A program made the position numbers and the translations under genes. From Phallusia mammillata (taxonomy: Eukaryota), in assembly GCA_965637545.1 (NCBI GenBank), contig OZ281498.1, positions 17,608,001 through 17,672,000 on the forward strand: 64,000 bases of DNA, in the 5' to 3' direction. Below, piece by piece: positions 40,501-51,092 of the stretch. The notes under the pieces were generated by a model that was given only the letters and a program-made list of their open reading frames with translations, had not been told where the DNA came from and did no database searches. How positions within the stretch are numbered: position 1 is the first letter of the stretch; each line of letters opens with the position of its first letter.

Positions 40501-43500
40501 TACTGATGCATGCCATCGTTTTTTTACACATTTGTTAAAAAGTACCTAAAATTAAATTGGCAATCTTTTACTAGTTAATTTAAAGTGCAATTTTGTATGT
40601 TTTTGTAAACGTGCGTTTACCTGCGTATCCAATCGTTCCTAGATGGCAGGAAAAATGTTTAGTAATTCAGGTATTACGTTGTAAGCTGGATTTAAGTGGA
40701 CTGACAACATATTATCACGTCAACAGCATTTAGTAGATAAATCGCGTTAATAAAACTTTTTATTTTCTCTCCATACGAGACAGAACTACCAAAAAGTATC
40801 CATGAACAAATTAACCACATTAATATTAAACAAAACATCAAGATGAACTTGGTTGGACAACAACACAAAATTTATTGTGAATAAAATTAATTTTACCGTA
40901 CCAGTTATCAGAACTTTAGGAATAGTAAATAAAAGTTATCGATATATTTTTACACTCCGAGATAACAAAAACGCCACACAGGAGATCAGTACATTACAAA
41001 AGTAAAACCCTTATTGCCGACAAGGATAGTTTTGAAAACTGTTGTTTCTATCAGTTACGTTTTTCTATATACTACATATTGTAACTGTAGAATGTATATG
41101 CACTTATTGTATTCTACAAATTGTATTTCTACACATTGATAAAAGAAACTATTTAGGTAAGCATCTCGTACAAAGAACTCACCCGAATTGTTTCAGACAG
41201 TTCAGGTTCTTTAGTAAGGCTTGCCCAACGGTGCCACGATGCGTAGTTTTTCTTCAGGTACACATAGTCGTACACACTTCCTCGTTTCGGTATTAGCAAA
41301 CTGCGTGCTATGCGAAGCTCCCTTGGACGAGGAAACCCTGATTTCGATCCATCGGTGTCAAGCAGCTCGCGAAAGTATTCGCTAAATCTTGAGTCGGATT
41401 GTAAATACAAATTCTCGTGAACACATAAAGCAGGGCTATTCAAATGGCGAACCGCGTTTCTTTCCATTAGCTATAACTAAAATTGGCTAAGACAAGTTGC
41501 TTTTGCATTACTGACAGAAGTGTATGAACCTTTGGTAATTTTAAACTTTTCTAACCGGACCGTTGACAAAACTAATTGAGTAGCTCTAATATAAAGCATT
41601 CTCTTGGGTGACACAAAGAGCATCTTATCGTAGTTCTAGAAGCGTTTATTTCATAAACAAGTAAGAATCTAAGTTTATGGCTTTGGTAAACAAAGTTATA
41701 CAATCTTACCTTTCCCTATAGTTTTCCTCCACACATGCGCCAATTGACCACACGATGGCAAACAGGAAGTGGGCAATCACCATGTTTCCACGCTCCTCAA
41801 TTACCTTGTCAAAATAAAAACAATACATACATGGAAAAAACACATTCATTAAGCGAAGTCAAACGTCACAATATTTACAAGACCAACAACGTTACTTACA
41901 AAAGGAAGTACAAATACACACGCATGACGGCAGTATATCTATTGACAAATAAGTTAAACAGTAAAAAGAAATTTATGTAAGAGCATCGAGCAAATAAATA
42001 TTAAGTTGCATACAGTGCACACGGTTTCAACCTATAAAGTCTCATCAGTGCAGCTGGAGACAAGAGACCGGCCGTAATGGCTAGTGTAGCTATCCAACGG
42101 CACTCCAGTTTGTTGGAAGCAACAACAAAAAATTGATTAAATGGTTTTACCAAGATATGTATGCCATTTTTGACAATACCTACAAATTGTTTTCCAAATG
42201 GAAACAACTTTTAGGCTTAAATGTAGACAATTAAAACTTTTGTAAACCAATATACAAAGTACGATATCACAGCAGAGTTTGAGCACATTTTACTGTCTTA
42301 GCGACCAATCATTACCTTCATGTCGGACACAGAAAGCTTTCCCTCTTGTATGTCATCGGTCATAGTTGAAATACTGTCGTTGTCGTCATCGTCGTAGGAA
42401 CTATCAATCGTGCTAAACCGTAAAAATGGATTTTAGATGGTATTTAACACAGGGACTAAACAGACCTCTTTGCTACAATTACAACGTATTTTACCAAATC
42501 AGAAGTGTTTATACTTTAAACACAAAACATACAAAGAAAAACGTCAAAGAAAGTACTTAAATTGAACGAAAAATGAAAATAACAAATTCAATAAGAACAG
42601 TGAACGAAAAGCTTTTTCACCCAAATGCCATCGTCAGTTTCATTTTTTGATTTATTAAAAAAAAACGATCGTCAAAAATCATATAGCAGGTTGAAAGGAC
42701 AGATACTGCTAATTTAACACTACCATGAAGCAAAGCAATACTTACTTTGGATCGTTTGAAGAATGCCGCGCATGCGCACAAGCGTTGTGATGAAGCAATA
42801 AAAAGCAAAAGCAATAACATTAGATTGGTGCACAAAACCTAATATTGCAGTAAAGATAAACTAAAAGATAACAAAGCTTTCTTTAAATATAACAAAGCAC
42901 ATAAAAAGCGAATATACCAAGATTAGCAAGTGTAAAGCCTGCCATCAACTTTAAATAAAAGCAATGAAAAGCGAAAGAACTGTAAAAGCAAATGTGTCTT
43001 TGTACACTACATGTACTTTTTGCTTACCCCAATTCCCGAAGAAGACAAGAATAAAGTTTGAGTAGGTTGACTGTCATGTGCATCGGAGAAAGTTTCAGAA
43101 TGTGGTGACATTGCTTGGTGACAAATTGAAGGCAGGGTGGTAGCTATTTGAAAAAAAACAAAACTTACACCAAAATTGAAAGTATTTTAAAACTTTTAAA
43201 AAATGCCAAAATGGAAGTGTAACACACATGCACAAAACATAAGTACGATTCGACAACAGTGTAGCAACCCTTTAAGTGCGTCTCAACAAATTAAGAGACG
43301 AATTTCAGGAAATAATATGAGTAGAAAACGCTTTATAATGTCAGGTTATTTTAAAGACATGTTCTGTTTCATGACATTAAATTGCATTGTTAAATCTGCT
43401 ACGAACTATAGCCTTGAGACCAAATTGGTGTTAATTATAAATAAAAAAACTTGCGCATTTTTGGCATTAGTATTTTTAAATAAATAGCATGGCCAGGGCA

Positions 43501-46500
43501 TTTTAAGAAGGAACTGCAATTAGAAAAGCTTACAAGCCAGTTAAACAGCATCCGTATGTTATCTCTCTGCTGCTTGGTGAGGACTTCAGGTAGCGAGGTT
43601 TGCATCCACGAGAGTACAAGAGCAGTTGTGCCAAGTTCCTCAGGATCCATGTAGATCATTCCGCACCTTGTCAATTAGCACAGGGTTAGAAAAGGCTAAT
43701 TAAAACTGATCAGTTTCTAGATCAAAGTTAAACAATTGCTAATAAGGCAGTTTACGTTCTAATGGGCTGCAGTATAATATTTAAATTTCAAGCATTTATT
43801 ACAAAACAGGGCCTCATTTATTTCATTTATGTTTTTCGTTAAACGCCTGTAACATTGCAGTTCTCCTTTAATTATTGAAAAGACGTAACGTTAAAGTATT
43901 TTGGACTTCCCTCTGTTTCTGAGAACGTGATTCTCTCTTTCATTATGCAACGTGTAATTTCCTGTATTACCTGCTAACAGTGGCTGGCGAGGCTTGTTCC
44001 AGATTTTCGACTTCAAACATCATGTTTTGCTTTGAGTTCATCGCTATTATTTCGCCGCTCATTAAGCATAGCTAAACATTTTTGCACAGTAACAATTAAC
44101 ATCAAGCATTTTACATTGTAACTTTTAACACTTTTAGGAAGCAACAAACTAATTTTAGAAAAAGAGTACATTTGGTTGAACCTAGATGAGCACGAAAGTA
44201 TATGAGATTTCTGTGATGAGATCTTTGCCATGTATTCGTGCTAGGCCAATCTTTTATATGACTTCAATTAACAGGTTTAATCGGAAAGTTGGGTACAAGA
44301 TACATGTTTCAAACATACGAAAATGCAAGGCAATACTTGTGTATATTTGTGTAAAACATCAAAACGTTTCGACATTCAACGGTGTCATCGTCAGGTGATA
44401 CAAAACCAACAGAAGAAATGTTACTTGCTACCGTTATTTAGAAAAGTTGTACCACATGTAACACAAACCTTCTTGTTGTCGTCCAATACTGTGTTCATGT
44501 TTTCAACCCAAACGGCATCCACAGGACCATCGAAGATCAACCACCTTCTGTCACCATCTACACTGTTCGCATGTTCCCGAAACGTGTTTGCCAAAATGCC
44601 TTTGTAAAACAGGTTGAGTAGCACAAACGATCTAACAAATTATTTGTAATGATGCACTAAATACCAACACAAATACACAAACTGTGATTTAAATAGCCAA
44701 GAACTAAATTATAATAGAAAAGAGTTGCAAATTTAATAACCCTGGACATGGGACTCTAAACTATTGCATGTGGGAAGATTAAGCTCACCATCGGTCCACT
44801 CATGGGATACAGAATCGAAGCTTCCATATAGCTGAGCCATTGTGACAGCTTTAGGGTTTATCACCCGATAGCGAACCTATAAAAAAATCATTAAACAGCA
44901 CCAAAACACAAACAGAACTTCTTAAAAAAAACAATTAGAGAACTTACTGAGTATTCTTCGACTTCTTCGGATACGGAAATCGCACCCAGTGCAGACGTAA
45001 GCACCCTGTAAGCGCTCGTTTTACCACCCAGTGCTCTTCCCACCACCATAAACCCGTGGCGCACTTTCATCATCTCATACAGTTGTACGATCTTCTCAAT
45101 GAACCACGGGATAGGCTAAGAAAAAATGTTAAAAGCTTTTCAACGTTCTATTGTAATCCGTTTTGCATTGGTTTGAGACAAAATGATGTGGAAAAAGGAA
45201 AAACAATTTAAGCAATATATAGACAGAATTTCTGCATCTACAGTTTGGTTTAGATTTGCCGTGTCACAAACCTAGGGTATTGTGCGCTTTTCAAGTTTAC
45301 AGCCTACATGTGTTTGTGTACATTTTCATATTATATGCAAACCGAAGTAGGAAGGTAGGTAGATTTCACTAGGCCGCTAAAGTGATTAACACTTTCTGCA
45401 GTCAATACTTCCTTGTAGGTTAAAGATGAATTAGAAGCGTTCGTCAAAGAGTGTGTGGGTGCACCTATTAGGACATGATTCAAAAGGCAAACGTTTAACC
45501 TATGGTGTTGTTATTTGCTATGCATCACTATACTTGACCTTTGTATGGGGCTACCAAGTATTAAAACGATGCTTCTAATTAAGCCTATAGTTCCCAACCA
45601 TTAACAGATGAAGTTAATAATGGTTATCACAACAAACAACAACAAAATGAATAATCCAAAATACAACAACCTTTCGTACAAATTTTAAAACTGGTAGGAG
45701 ACAAACCTGAAGATGACTTGATTCGATGTTGGATCGAATTGCTTTCTCCAGAATGCCATGATCGGGTTTCGGGAGTTTTACCCCCGGGAAAAGGTCAGAG
45801 ATAATGCCGTCAAAAAGTGGAATGTCGTGTGAGAGAAATTTGGGAAGATTGACATCTGTGATGGCTCGCAACATCAGCTCATCCTCCTGAAGCTCCAAGT
45901 ACTTCAACTTCAAGTTGCCTGCATTAAACGATGTTGTATACGGTAATATGTATGACGTGTTGTAGGAAGGAAACCTAACCTTAGCCAATATTTAAAACAT
46001 ATGCAAGAGCTACACATACGACCAAATTATTTAACGACATATTTAAAAGTAGAGGAATTTCTTTTCTACTGAGAACTCAACAGTATCTACCCCTTCAACA
46101 GGCAACATGGTAATCGACGATCACCGTTTATTTAATTGTATAACCAAGAATGAAAAGCATTTTCCAAGTTACGTATAAAAACCACGAGATAATACATCAA
46201 TAAAAGGAAAAAAAAGGTAAAACACAACAAAACAAAGTGAGACGAAAACACTAAACTGAAATTAGAACACTACAGACATTGCGGCATCGGCTCGTTGCAA
46301 TTGTATTGCACGCGTGTTAAAAAATTTCCTTTTGCGGTATCTATCTTTGTCACTAAGGTTTTTCACTTTCTGTTGGCAAGCAATGTCTTTCATCGGCTCG
46401 AGTTTCGTTCGCATCTTCGATTGTTTATGCATAAGCCAGTTAATCTTTTTTGAGTATTTGCGCAGGAGCGTATTACTAAAATGCTGCATTGCAAAGGCAA

Positions 46501-49500
46501 CAGAGGGTGGCAGGCTGTGCCACATTTTATTAGCAGCTGAACTGAACAGTATCTAACCCTTCAACAGGCAACATGGTCATCGACGATCACCGTTTATTTA
46601 ATTGTATAACCAAGAATGGAAAACATTTTCCAAGTTACGAAATCCGTCAATGAACAAAATGGAATATATATATATATATATTTCGTCTAATGGCATCTTC
46701 AGTTTCTATTTAAACCCCGAGATAATGCATCAATAAAAGGGAAAAAAGTAAAAACACAACAAAACAAAGTGAGACGAAAACACTAAACTGAAAACAGAAC
46801 ACTACAGACATTGCTGACACTGCCGCTTTCAAATTGGTTTGCCAAGCAACGTTAGACTGCTGACCCAACAGCGAGCCACGTCTTATCTTTGTCAGGGGCG
46901 CACGGCAAAGCTTTGGGCACAAAGGCGCAGACAAAAAGAAATACCCGGCAATGTAAAACAGGCAAAGCAGGAGAATAGAAATCGAGCATTTGTTGGTGCA
47001 GCATATGCAACAGGGCGCAGTGCGCCCGGCGCACACTAGCGGATTTACGGGGCAATCACATTTTTTGGATGTTTATGGAAGCACCAGTTAACTTAAGCCA
47101 TTTTGCTTCGGCCTGATCTAAGAGATCCACGTCAGGACTTTCAACAAAGGTCACCTCGAAGCATTTTGCAAGGTCGTTTTTTCATAAATGGCGGAATGAA
47201 TCATAGCAAAATGTTGACACGACGATGCGTTGTCGCTGTGTTGGCTAAAGTTGTTCGTTTGAAAAGTGTTCCAGATGGTACGGTGACCCGACCAACCCGT
47301 GCAAAATTTGTTTTTTGTTTGCCTAACGTACTGGCACTTACATAGCAAACAAGTGGCGACGTATATACCATGGCATTTGCAGTCTAATGATTGCTTTAGT
47401 GGTATAATTTTTCCTGCTCGGTCTTGATCTGTTCTGTTGAAGGAAGCATGGATTTGTGTTCTCCGTAGTGTCCACATAGAGCACACTTTCCGCAGGGGCC
47501 TGATAAGCCGCTGTGCGTTCCATCGTCAAATGCGATCCGTTTGTAGTTCGTAAGAATATTGCCAAGCGTTTTTGGTTTCTTAAAGACAATTTTGGCTTGC
47601 GGTTTTAAGTCTTTTTCTTTTGTGGAGAGTTTAAGAAAATCCGGGAAAGCAGTTGCCCACGGGATAATGTCAACATTATTTACAGCAGTGGCAGCAGGTT
47701 TAAATCTATTTTTCCATCCCTTTGCGGTACTGATACATGTTGCTGTGATCTCTTTGGGAAACGATGATGTTAAACACTTCCTTTGAAGGCGCGACAGACT
47801 TTTCAGGTATTCTTCATGGTTTTCGTTAAGACGGCGAAGGCGCGATGCCTCTCCCAACACAATAGCACGAATGATGCGCGGTGGATGGTGTGAGGCGCCA
47901 TGCCGAAAGCATCTATTTACCGCGATTTCCTTGGTGTGGTCTTTCGTAAAAAATCCCATAAGATGCCACATCGGAATGGACATGCAGAACGTCTAAGGAC
48001 TCAACCTGCCCTGCACGGTCATTCGGGCTGAGCACACGGAAAGTTAGCTGTCGCCCACCCTTTTGGAAAGCGTCTGTTCTTCCGGTCCCTATCGAAAACC
48101 AGATAATATCGTCTATGTATCGCTTGAACAACTTCGCTTTGTGCAGTGTGTCAGAGATAGACTCAACGATAAAATGCAAAGCGATGTTAGCAACGTAAAC
48201 TGAGTGATTGTCTCCTGTTGCAATCCCGGAGTTCTGCCCGTACAGTTTGTTGTCGTGTTGCACCACAACAGCACCAATAGTAAAAACAGTAAAATCCAGT
48301 AAGCATTTCCACTCCTCGGGTTGCCAACCCGAGTGACGCCTCAGAGCGTGTGTCAATGGCCTCCTTATCAGGTCGGGGCTATGGTTCGGATAAAAACCAA
48401 CTACGTCCGCTGCGACAACATATACCTTATTGCAGTTAACATCACCTCTTTCGATAGCACAAGTTTTCCAGTTATCAAGATCTATTAAATATTGTCGGCT
48501 ATCCTCACAGTACTCATTTACGGTGTCACGACAATACTTGCTAATTCGTCTCAAAATGTGTTCGAGTAGTGCTGTAAAACGGGTGCAAAACGCATTACGC
48601 GCTGCCTGGACCAAGCGAACTGGGATATCCTCGATTCTACACACATTAAGATGTTCTGGGGTTAGCTTATGAGTTTTGAAGAGAGGGTAAACGTAAGCTG
48701 TTTTTTTGTTGCCGAAGTTCTTGGCAGTAGGTCCCGGTACCTTGTTGATGTGGTCGGTACGTTGTTTTGCGCCAATCGTATGGAATAAGAGTTTTTCGGA
48801 AATAACTCCATACTTGAACAAAGAAATCACAAACTGGTCGTATTTGTTACTAGTAGTTCTAATAATGTGTTCGAGGCCTGTACATTTTTTCCCCAGTGTT
48901 CGGAACTTTTCCAGTTCCCTAGCAATAATTCTTTGATAATCCGAGAAATTGACAATTACAATTTTTCCGTCCTTGTCTGACTTGCATATTACGATGTCCC
49001 GGCTAAGAACTGCTGATTGAAGTTCTCGTAAGCTCTTACGGAGTTGCGGCGGCAAGTTATTTCTACGCCTGTAAGCCCCGTCGACGAAAGATTTCAGATT
49101 CCGAACTTTAGCTTGTGCAAGTTCCGTGAATGTGGTGGTTTCCTCACACAGGTCGTCGGGTTTAGGTCTGGAGTGTTTTGGAATCTTCAATTTATTGGTA
49201 GCGAAGGTTTAGGCGCGCTTTCATTGTTCTTAAAAGCGTCGGCCCGTTCAATGCGCCTGATGTGTGAAACAAGACTATAAGCGATTTGGCTTCCTCCGTA
49301 AAGTTGTTCCAGCGCGGCGTGGGTGCAAAGTTTAACCCTCGAAGAAGGAGCTTGGCGTTGACGTCCATGTTAAACTTGGACTTATCAACAATTGCTGCAT
49401 CGGCTCGTTGCAATTGTATTGCACGCGTGTTAAGAAATTTCCTTTTGCGGTATCTATTTTTGTCATTAAGATTTTTCACTTTCTGTTTGCAAGCATTGTC

Positions 49501-51092
49501 TTTCATCGGCTCGAGTTTCGTTCGCATCTTCGATTGTTTGTGCATATGCCAGTTGATCTTTTTTGAGTATTTGCGCAGGAGCGTATTACTACAATGCTGC
49601 ATTGCAAAGGCAAAAGAGGGTGACCGGCTGTGCCACATTTTATTAGCAGCTAGTGAGGTAGTGTGGGATGTTTTAAGTTGATTGGTAATCCTCCGTGTTT
49701 GTTGGATAAGAAGGAGATCAAAATCAATCCCCTTCTTAAAGTTGGACGGCAGGAGAACTTTCTTTGTTATGCACTTTCGTAGGAATGGTATCTTTAGCTT
49801 CGCTTTTATTGTTTTTTTTCTGCAGTTTTTCAAGTGCTGAACTGAGAGTATTTGAACTGATCGGTATCTAACCCTTCAACGGGCAACATGGTCATCGACG
49901 ATCACCGTTTATTTAATTGTATAACTAAAAATGTATAAAAGCATTTTCCAAGTTACGAAATCCGTCAATGAATAAAATGGAATATATATATTTCGCCTAA
50001 TGGCATCTTCAGTTCCTTCACTAAACTGAAAACAGAACACTACAGACATTGCTGACACTGCCGCTTTCGAATAGGTTTGTCAAGCAACGTGTAACTTGGA
50101 AAATGCTTTCCATTTTTAGTTAATTTCTTTTGTATGTGTAAAGTTGCTCTTTCATAGAGCACCGAGGACTCATTAATGACAACGCTTGACACACTTCATG
50201 ATGCACATTTTAAAAACATTTAACAAACACAACAAAAACAACAAAATGCTTTTTTACCATTAAGCGTACAGGGCGTATTTAAAATGTAAGCTACAAACAG
50301 AAACAAGAACAAATATGGATTCTTTACAATTTTGATTGCGAAAAGAGAGCCGAAAGTGATAACATGCACAATTTGGTTGTTGTTTAATACAACGTACATT
50401 CAGTGGTGAGTTTGAGCCGGTTGGAACTGGTTTGTGGGCGACTAATGAGTCACAGACCTACCTGCTGTTGTAAGGACAGACTTTACAGCACGCATTCCAT
50501 AATCGTAATGATGCTGGGAGGAAAGTTGCTCAGAGCATAATCTGTATGTTGCCACGATTTTTGCGGCCAAGTTTCTGGCGTCAACAAAGCCCATCGAATA
50601 TAGCGATATCTCAGCGATGAGAGCGTAGTCCGGTATCATCATGGCAACAGTGCGGAACAAAACTTTGAGGTTATCAGGAAGCTCCGCACGCCCTTGTAAA
50701 GAGAAAAGGCAATAATTTTTTTATAGACGACAAACAAAAATAATGTAAGAACACTTTCGTTTTCAGATAGTAAAATATGTGGAAAGCGTCCTTTAGATCT
50801 GTACGCGCAGTAAAATATTGGCAAGGCAGATTGTTATGGTGACTTGGATAGCAAAATCTGACATATATGAGTGATATGGTGCTACAGCGTTAAAAACGAA
50901 GCGTTTAACTCAAACCCACAACAAGTTAAAGAAACATAAAATGCTGATACCTGCGTATCCAGGGTTCATGGTGATAAAAATAGTACAGGAAGGATCCAAT
51001 GATATTTCAGTGCCTTCAAAGACGAAAATATTGACCTGGTCAGCCACTGCACGTTGTATGGTTTGAATCTGTTGTGCCACAACCGACAGCAC
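1229..51092 (-). CDS. DNAH3: Axonemal dynein heavy chain, inner-arm single-headed type (DNAH3-like); 5'-partial, 50 exons from AAA1 to the C-terminus
   Basis: Exons in transcript order, all GT-AG with consistent phases: 50951-51092, 50462-50692, 45707-45918, 44948-45115, 44789-44876, 44469-44599, 43971-44071, 43534-43666, 43028-43143, 42316-42412, 41710-41804, 41183-41387, 38911-39149, 38417-38570, 38029-38210, 37513-37660, 37292-37441, 36684-36870, 36403-36552, 36032-36222, 35413-35597, 35026-35131, 34750-34883, 34320-34542, 34092-34188, 33619-33803, 33311-33418, 32703-32857, 32165-32330, 31669-31869, 31316-31449, 30600-30771, 29966-30169, 28998-29181, 28053-28294, 27248-27408, 26667-26838, 26037-26180, 25393-25552, 24004-24164, 23347-23559, 22613-22805, 22207-22412, 4441-4563, 4166-4339, 3443-3616, 2906-3076, 2328-2438, 1823-1968, 1229-1301. 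Motifs: [19 protein letters not shown] and [19 protein letters not shown] (AAA1), [49 protein letters not shown]-terminal [21 protein letters not shown]...[19 protein letters not shown]3 rather than DNAH7 or DNAH12 is my recollection of paralog-specific motifs and needs a phylogeny. Confidence 0.95.
4811..5140. mobile_element. Non-autonomous hAT-type MITE (330 bp)
   Basis: Perfect 16-bp TIRs CAGGGGTGTCCAAACT...AGTTTGGACACCCCTG; 8-bp TSD ACTTAAGC at 4803-4810 and 5141-5148; subterminal GGCCCGCGG motifs; no ORF. Confidence 0.9.
5920..8958 (+). CDS. Nested small acidic protein, paralog A (~107 aa, unknown function)
   Basis: Model: 5920-5938 (ATG...GCT G|gtaagt), 8328-8382, 8709-8958, giving [32 protein letters not shown]...[25 protein letters not shown]; AATAAA at 9001. 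The last exon is well supported; the first two are tentative. Confidence 0.6.
6326..6697 (-). CDS. Possible single-exon 123-aa secreted or peptide-precursor-like ORF
   Basis: ATG start, hydrophobic N-terminus, [13 protein letters not shown] motif, hydrophobic C-terminus, minus-strand AATAAA at 6210-6215. No recognised family. Confidence 0.25.
   Translation of the reverse strand: MLWFMYFTITQFVLCLWRLQTQEVQCFYHIKSRETFGKRHTTNRMENYKPCDTQKTPFRRTSHCTRYIRYSIRSKVERVVVENTHHIFRFDGIVGTWGLFIGIVVNNTFVKYFCVGLPIHLVT
7128..7680. repeat. Near-perfect direct tandem duplication (period 279 bp, two copies)
   Basis: AGTGCACAAAAATGCTGAC...GGACAGGAAAGTA at 7128-7401 and 7407-7680; one substitution seen (accAaatggg versus accGaatggg). 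Confidence 0.9.
9688..9910. promoter_or_regulatory. Duplicated ~40-bp motif containing CRE palindromes, with nearby E-box-like sites
   Basis: AAGTGACGTCATCCTGAAG...GGGTTACTTCAGGTTTTA at ~9688 and ~9873; further GACGTCA and CACGTG/TACGTG sites nearby. Confidence 0.4.
13935..14837 (+). CDS. Nested small acidic protein, paralog B (105 aa, unknown function)
   Basis: Upstream non-coding exon ends ~13542 (|gtaagt); exon 13878-13951 with aaccATG GCT GTA CCC ATT TG|gtaagt; exon 14537-14837. Product MAVPIWDEYERNG...[43 protein letters not shown]. Confidence 0.8.
16788..16884. promoter_or_regulatory. Promoter/enhancer-like cluster of ETS and RFX X-box-like sites
   Basis: GCGGAAGT and CCGGAAGT in tandem; TTTACCATGGTGAC (16852-16865) and TCTACCATGGCAAC (16871-16884). 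The first X-box-like site is retained in the duplicate at 10556-10569. Confidence 0.35.
20095..21139 (+). CDS. Nested small acidic protein, paralog C (105 aa, unknown function)
   Basis: aaacATG GCT GTG CCT ATT TG|gtaagt (20095-20111) plus 20839-21139. Product [27 protein letters not shown]...[26 protein letters not shown]; missed by the ORF track on the + strand. Confidence 0.8.
22207..27408 (-). CDS. DNAH3: Dynein heavy chain AAA6 region exons
   Basis: [104 protein letters not shown]. Confidence 0.93.
22487..22555. mobile_element. Terminal fragment of a hAT-type MITE related to 4811-5140
   Basis: Reverse complement reads CAGGGGTGTATCAAACACGCGGCCCACAAGCCGCATGCGGCC, similar to the left end of the 4811 element; no clear partner TIR or TSD. 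Confidence 0.6.
24648..25031 (-). CDS. Candidate 384-nt in-frame cassette exon of the dynein (128-aa Pro/Thr/Ser-rich insert in AAA6)
   Basis: Acceptor ccctag|GT and donor A|gtatgt; phase 1 to 1 matches the flanking exons; stop-free and visibly more GC-rich than the surrounding intron. Confidence 0.6.
28053..34188 (-). CDS. DNAH3: Dynein heavy chain stalk/microtubule-binding domain and AAA5 exons
   Basis: Coiled coil plus [80 protein letters not shown]. Confidence 0.93.
29177..29623. repeat. 75-bp minisatellite, six units, overlapping a dynein splice acceptor
   Basis: Units start at 29177, 29252, 29327, 29402, 29477 and 29552 (GTAACCTACACTCAGCAAGTGCAATAGAC...TTCAGGTGACTAATAA); two unit variants in the order A-B-A-B-B-A. 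Confidence 0.95.
34320..39149 (-). CDS. DNAH3: Dynein heavy chain AAA3-AAA4 exons
   Basis: [87 protein letters not shown]. Confidence 0.93.
39733..39759 (-). CDS. Candidate 27-nt dynein microexon (KDHRLIRLT)
   Basis: tctgtgcttcatgcag|AAA GAT CAT CGG CTG ATT CGC TTG ACG|gtgagg; phase 0-0 inside the same phase-0 intron. Confidence 0.4.
40621..40638 (-). CDS. Candidate 18-nt dynein microexon (ERLDTQ)
   Basis: tttttcctgccatctag|GAA CGA TTG GAT ACG CAG|gtaaac; phase 0-0 inside a phase-0 intron. Confidence 0.4.
41183..45918 (-). CDS. DNAH3: Dynein heavy chain AAA2 region exons
   Basis: [32 protein letters not shown]...[50 protein letters not shown]. Confidence 0.93.
46661..46706 (-). ncRNA. Second, degenerate hammerhead ribozyme copy
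   Basis: GAAA-CUGAAGA-U-GCC-AUUA-GAC-GAAA-(UA)9-UUCC: core intact, one mismatch each in stems I and II, stem III expanded as a TA microsatellite. Confidence 0.6.
47151..49833 (-). pseudogene. Disrupted Penelope-like polyprotein (N-terminal region, RT, linker, GIY-YIG)
   Basis: Split across four ORFs in different frames (49192-49833, 47913-49190, 47396-47983, 47151-47486); the YIG half-motif reads YVRQ. Confidence 0.85.
49979..50016 (-). ncRNA. Minimal type I hammerhead ribozyme in the Penelope terminal repeat
   Basis: Minus strand GGAA-CUGAAGA-U-GCC-AUUA-GGC-GAAA-UAUAUA-UA-UUCC: stem I GGAA/UUCC, intact CUGANGA and GAAA core, stem II GCC/GGC, short palindromic stem III, AUA cleavage triplet. 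Confidence 0.8.
50462..51092 (-). CDS. DNAH3: Dynein heavy chain AAA1 exons (the two 5'-most exons in the window)
   Basis: [15 protein letters not shown]...[10 protein letters not shown] (50951-51092) and [22 protein letters not shown]...[12 protein letters not shown] (50462-50692). Confidence 0.95.

Larger units (their letters stand above)
46068..50121 (-). mobile_element. Penelope-like retroelement (RT plus GIY-YIG endonuclease), frameshifted, with direct terminal repeats, a partial tandem copy and an inverted terminal fragment
   Basis: RT motifs [32 protein letters not shown] (47913-49190); Cys-rich linker CGKCALCGH (47396-47983); [18 protein letters not shown]...H (47151-47486). Repeats at ~46068-46172, ~46541-46850 and ~49856-50090; 46279-46538 duplicates ~49391-49650; 50091-50121 is an inverted copy of ~49922-49956. 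Confidence 0.9.

Noticed and set aside
40902-40913. Third AG...GT microexon-like segment in the 39150-41182 intron
   Set aside because: It reads TTC TGA in the dynein frame (stop) and is probably a chance match.
46262-46556. 87-aa and 80-aa ORFs
   Set aside because: Duplicated fragment of the Penelope 5' ORF and its antisense, not separate genes.
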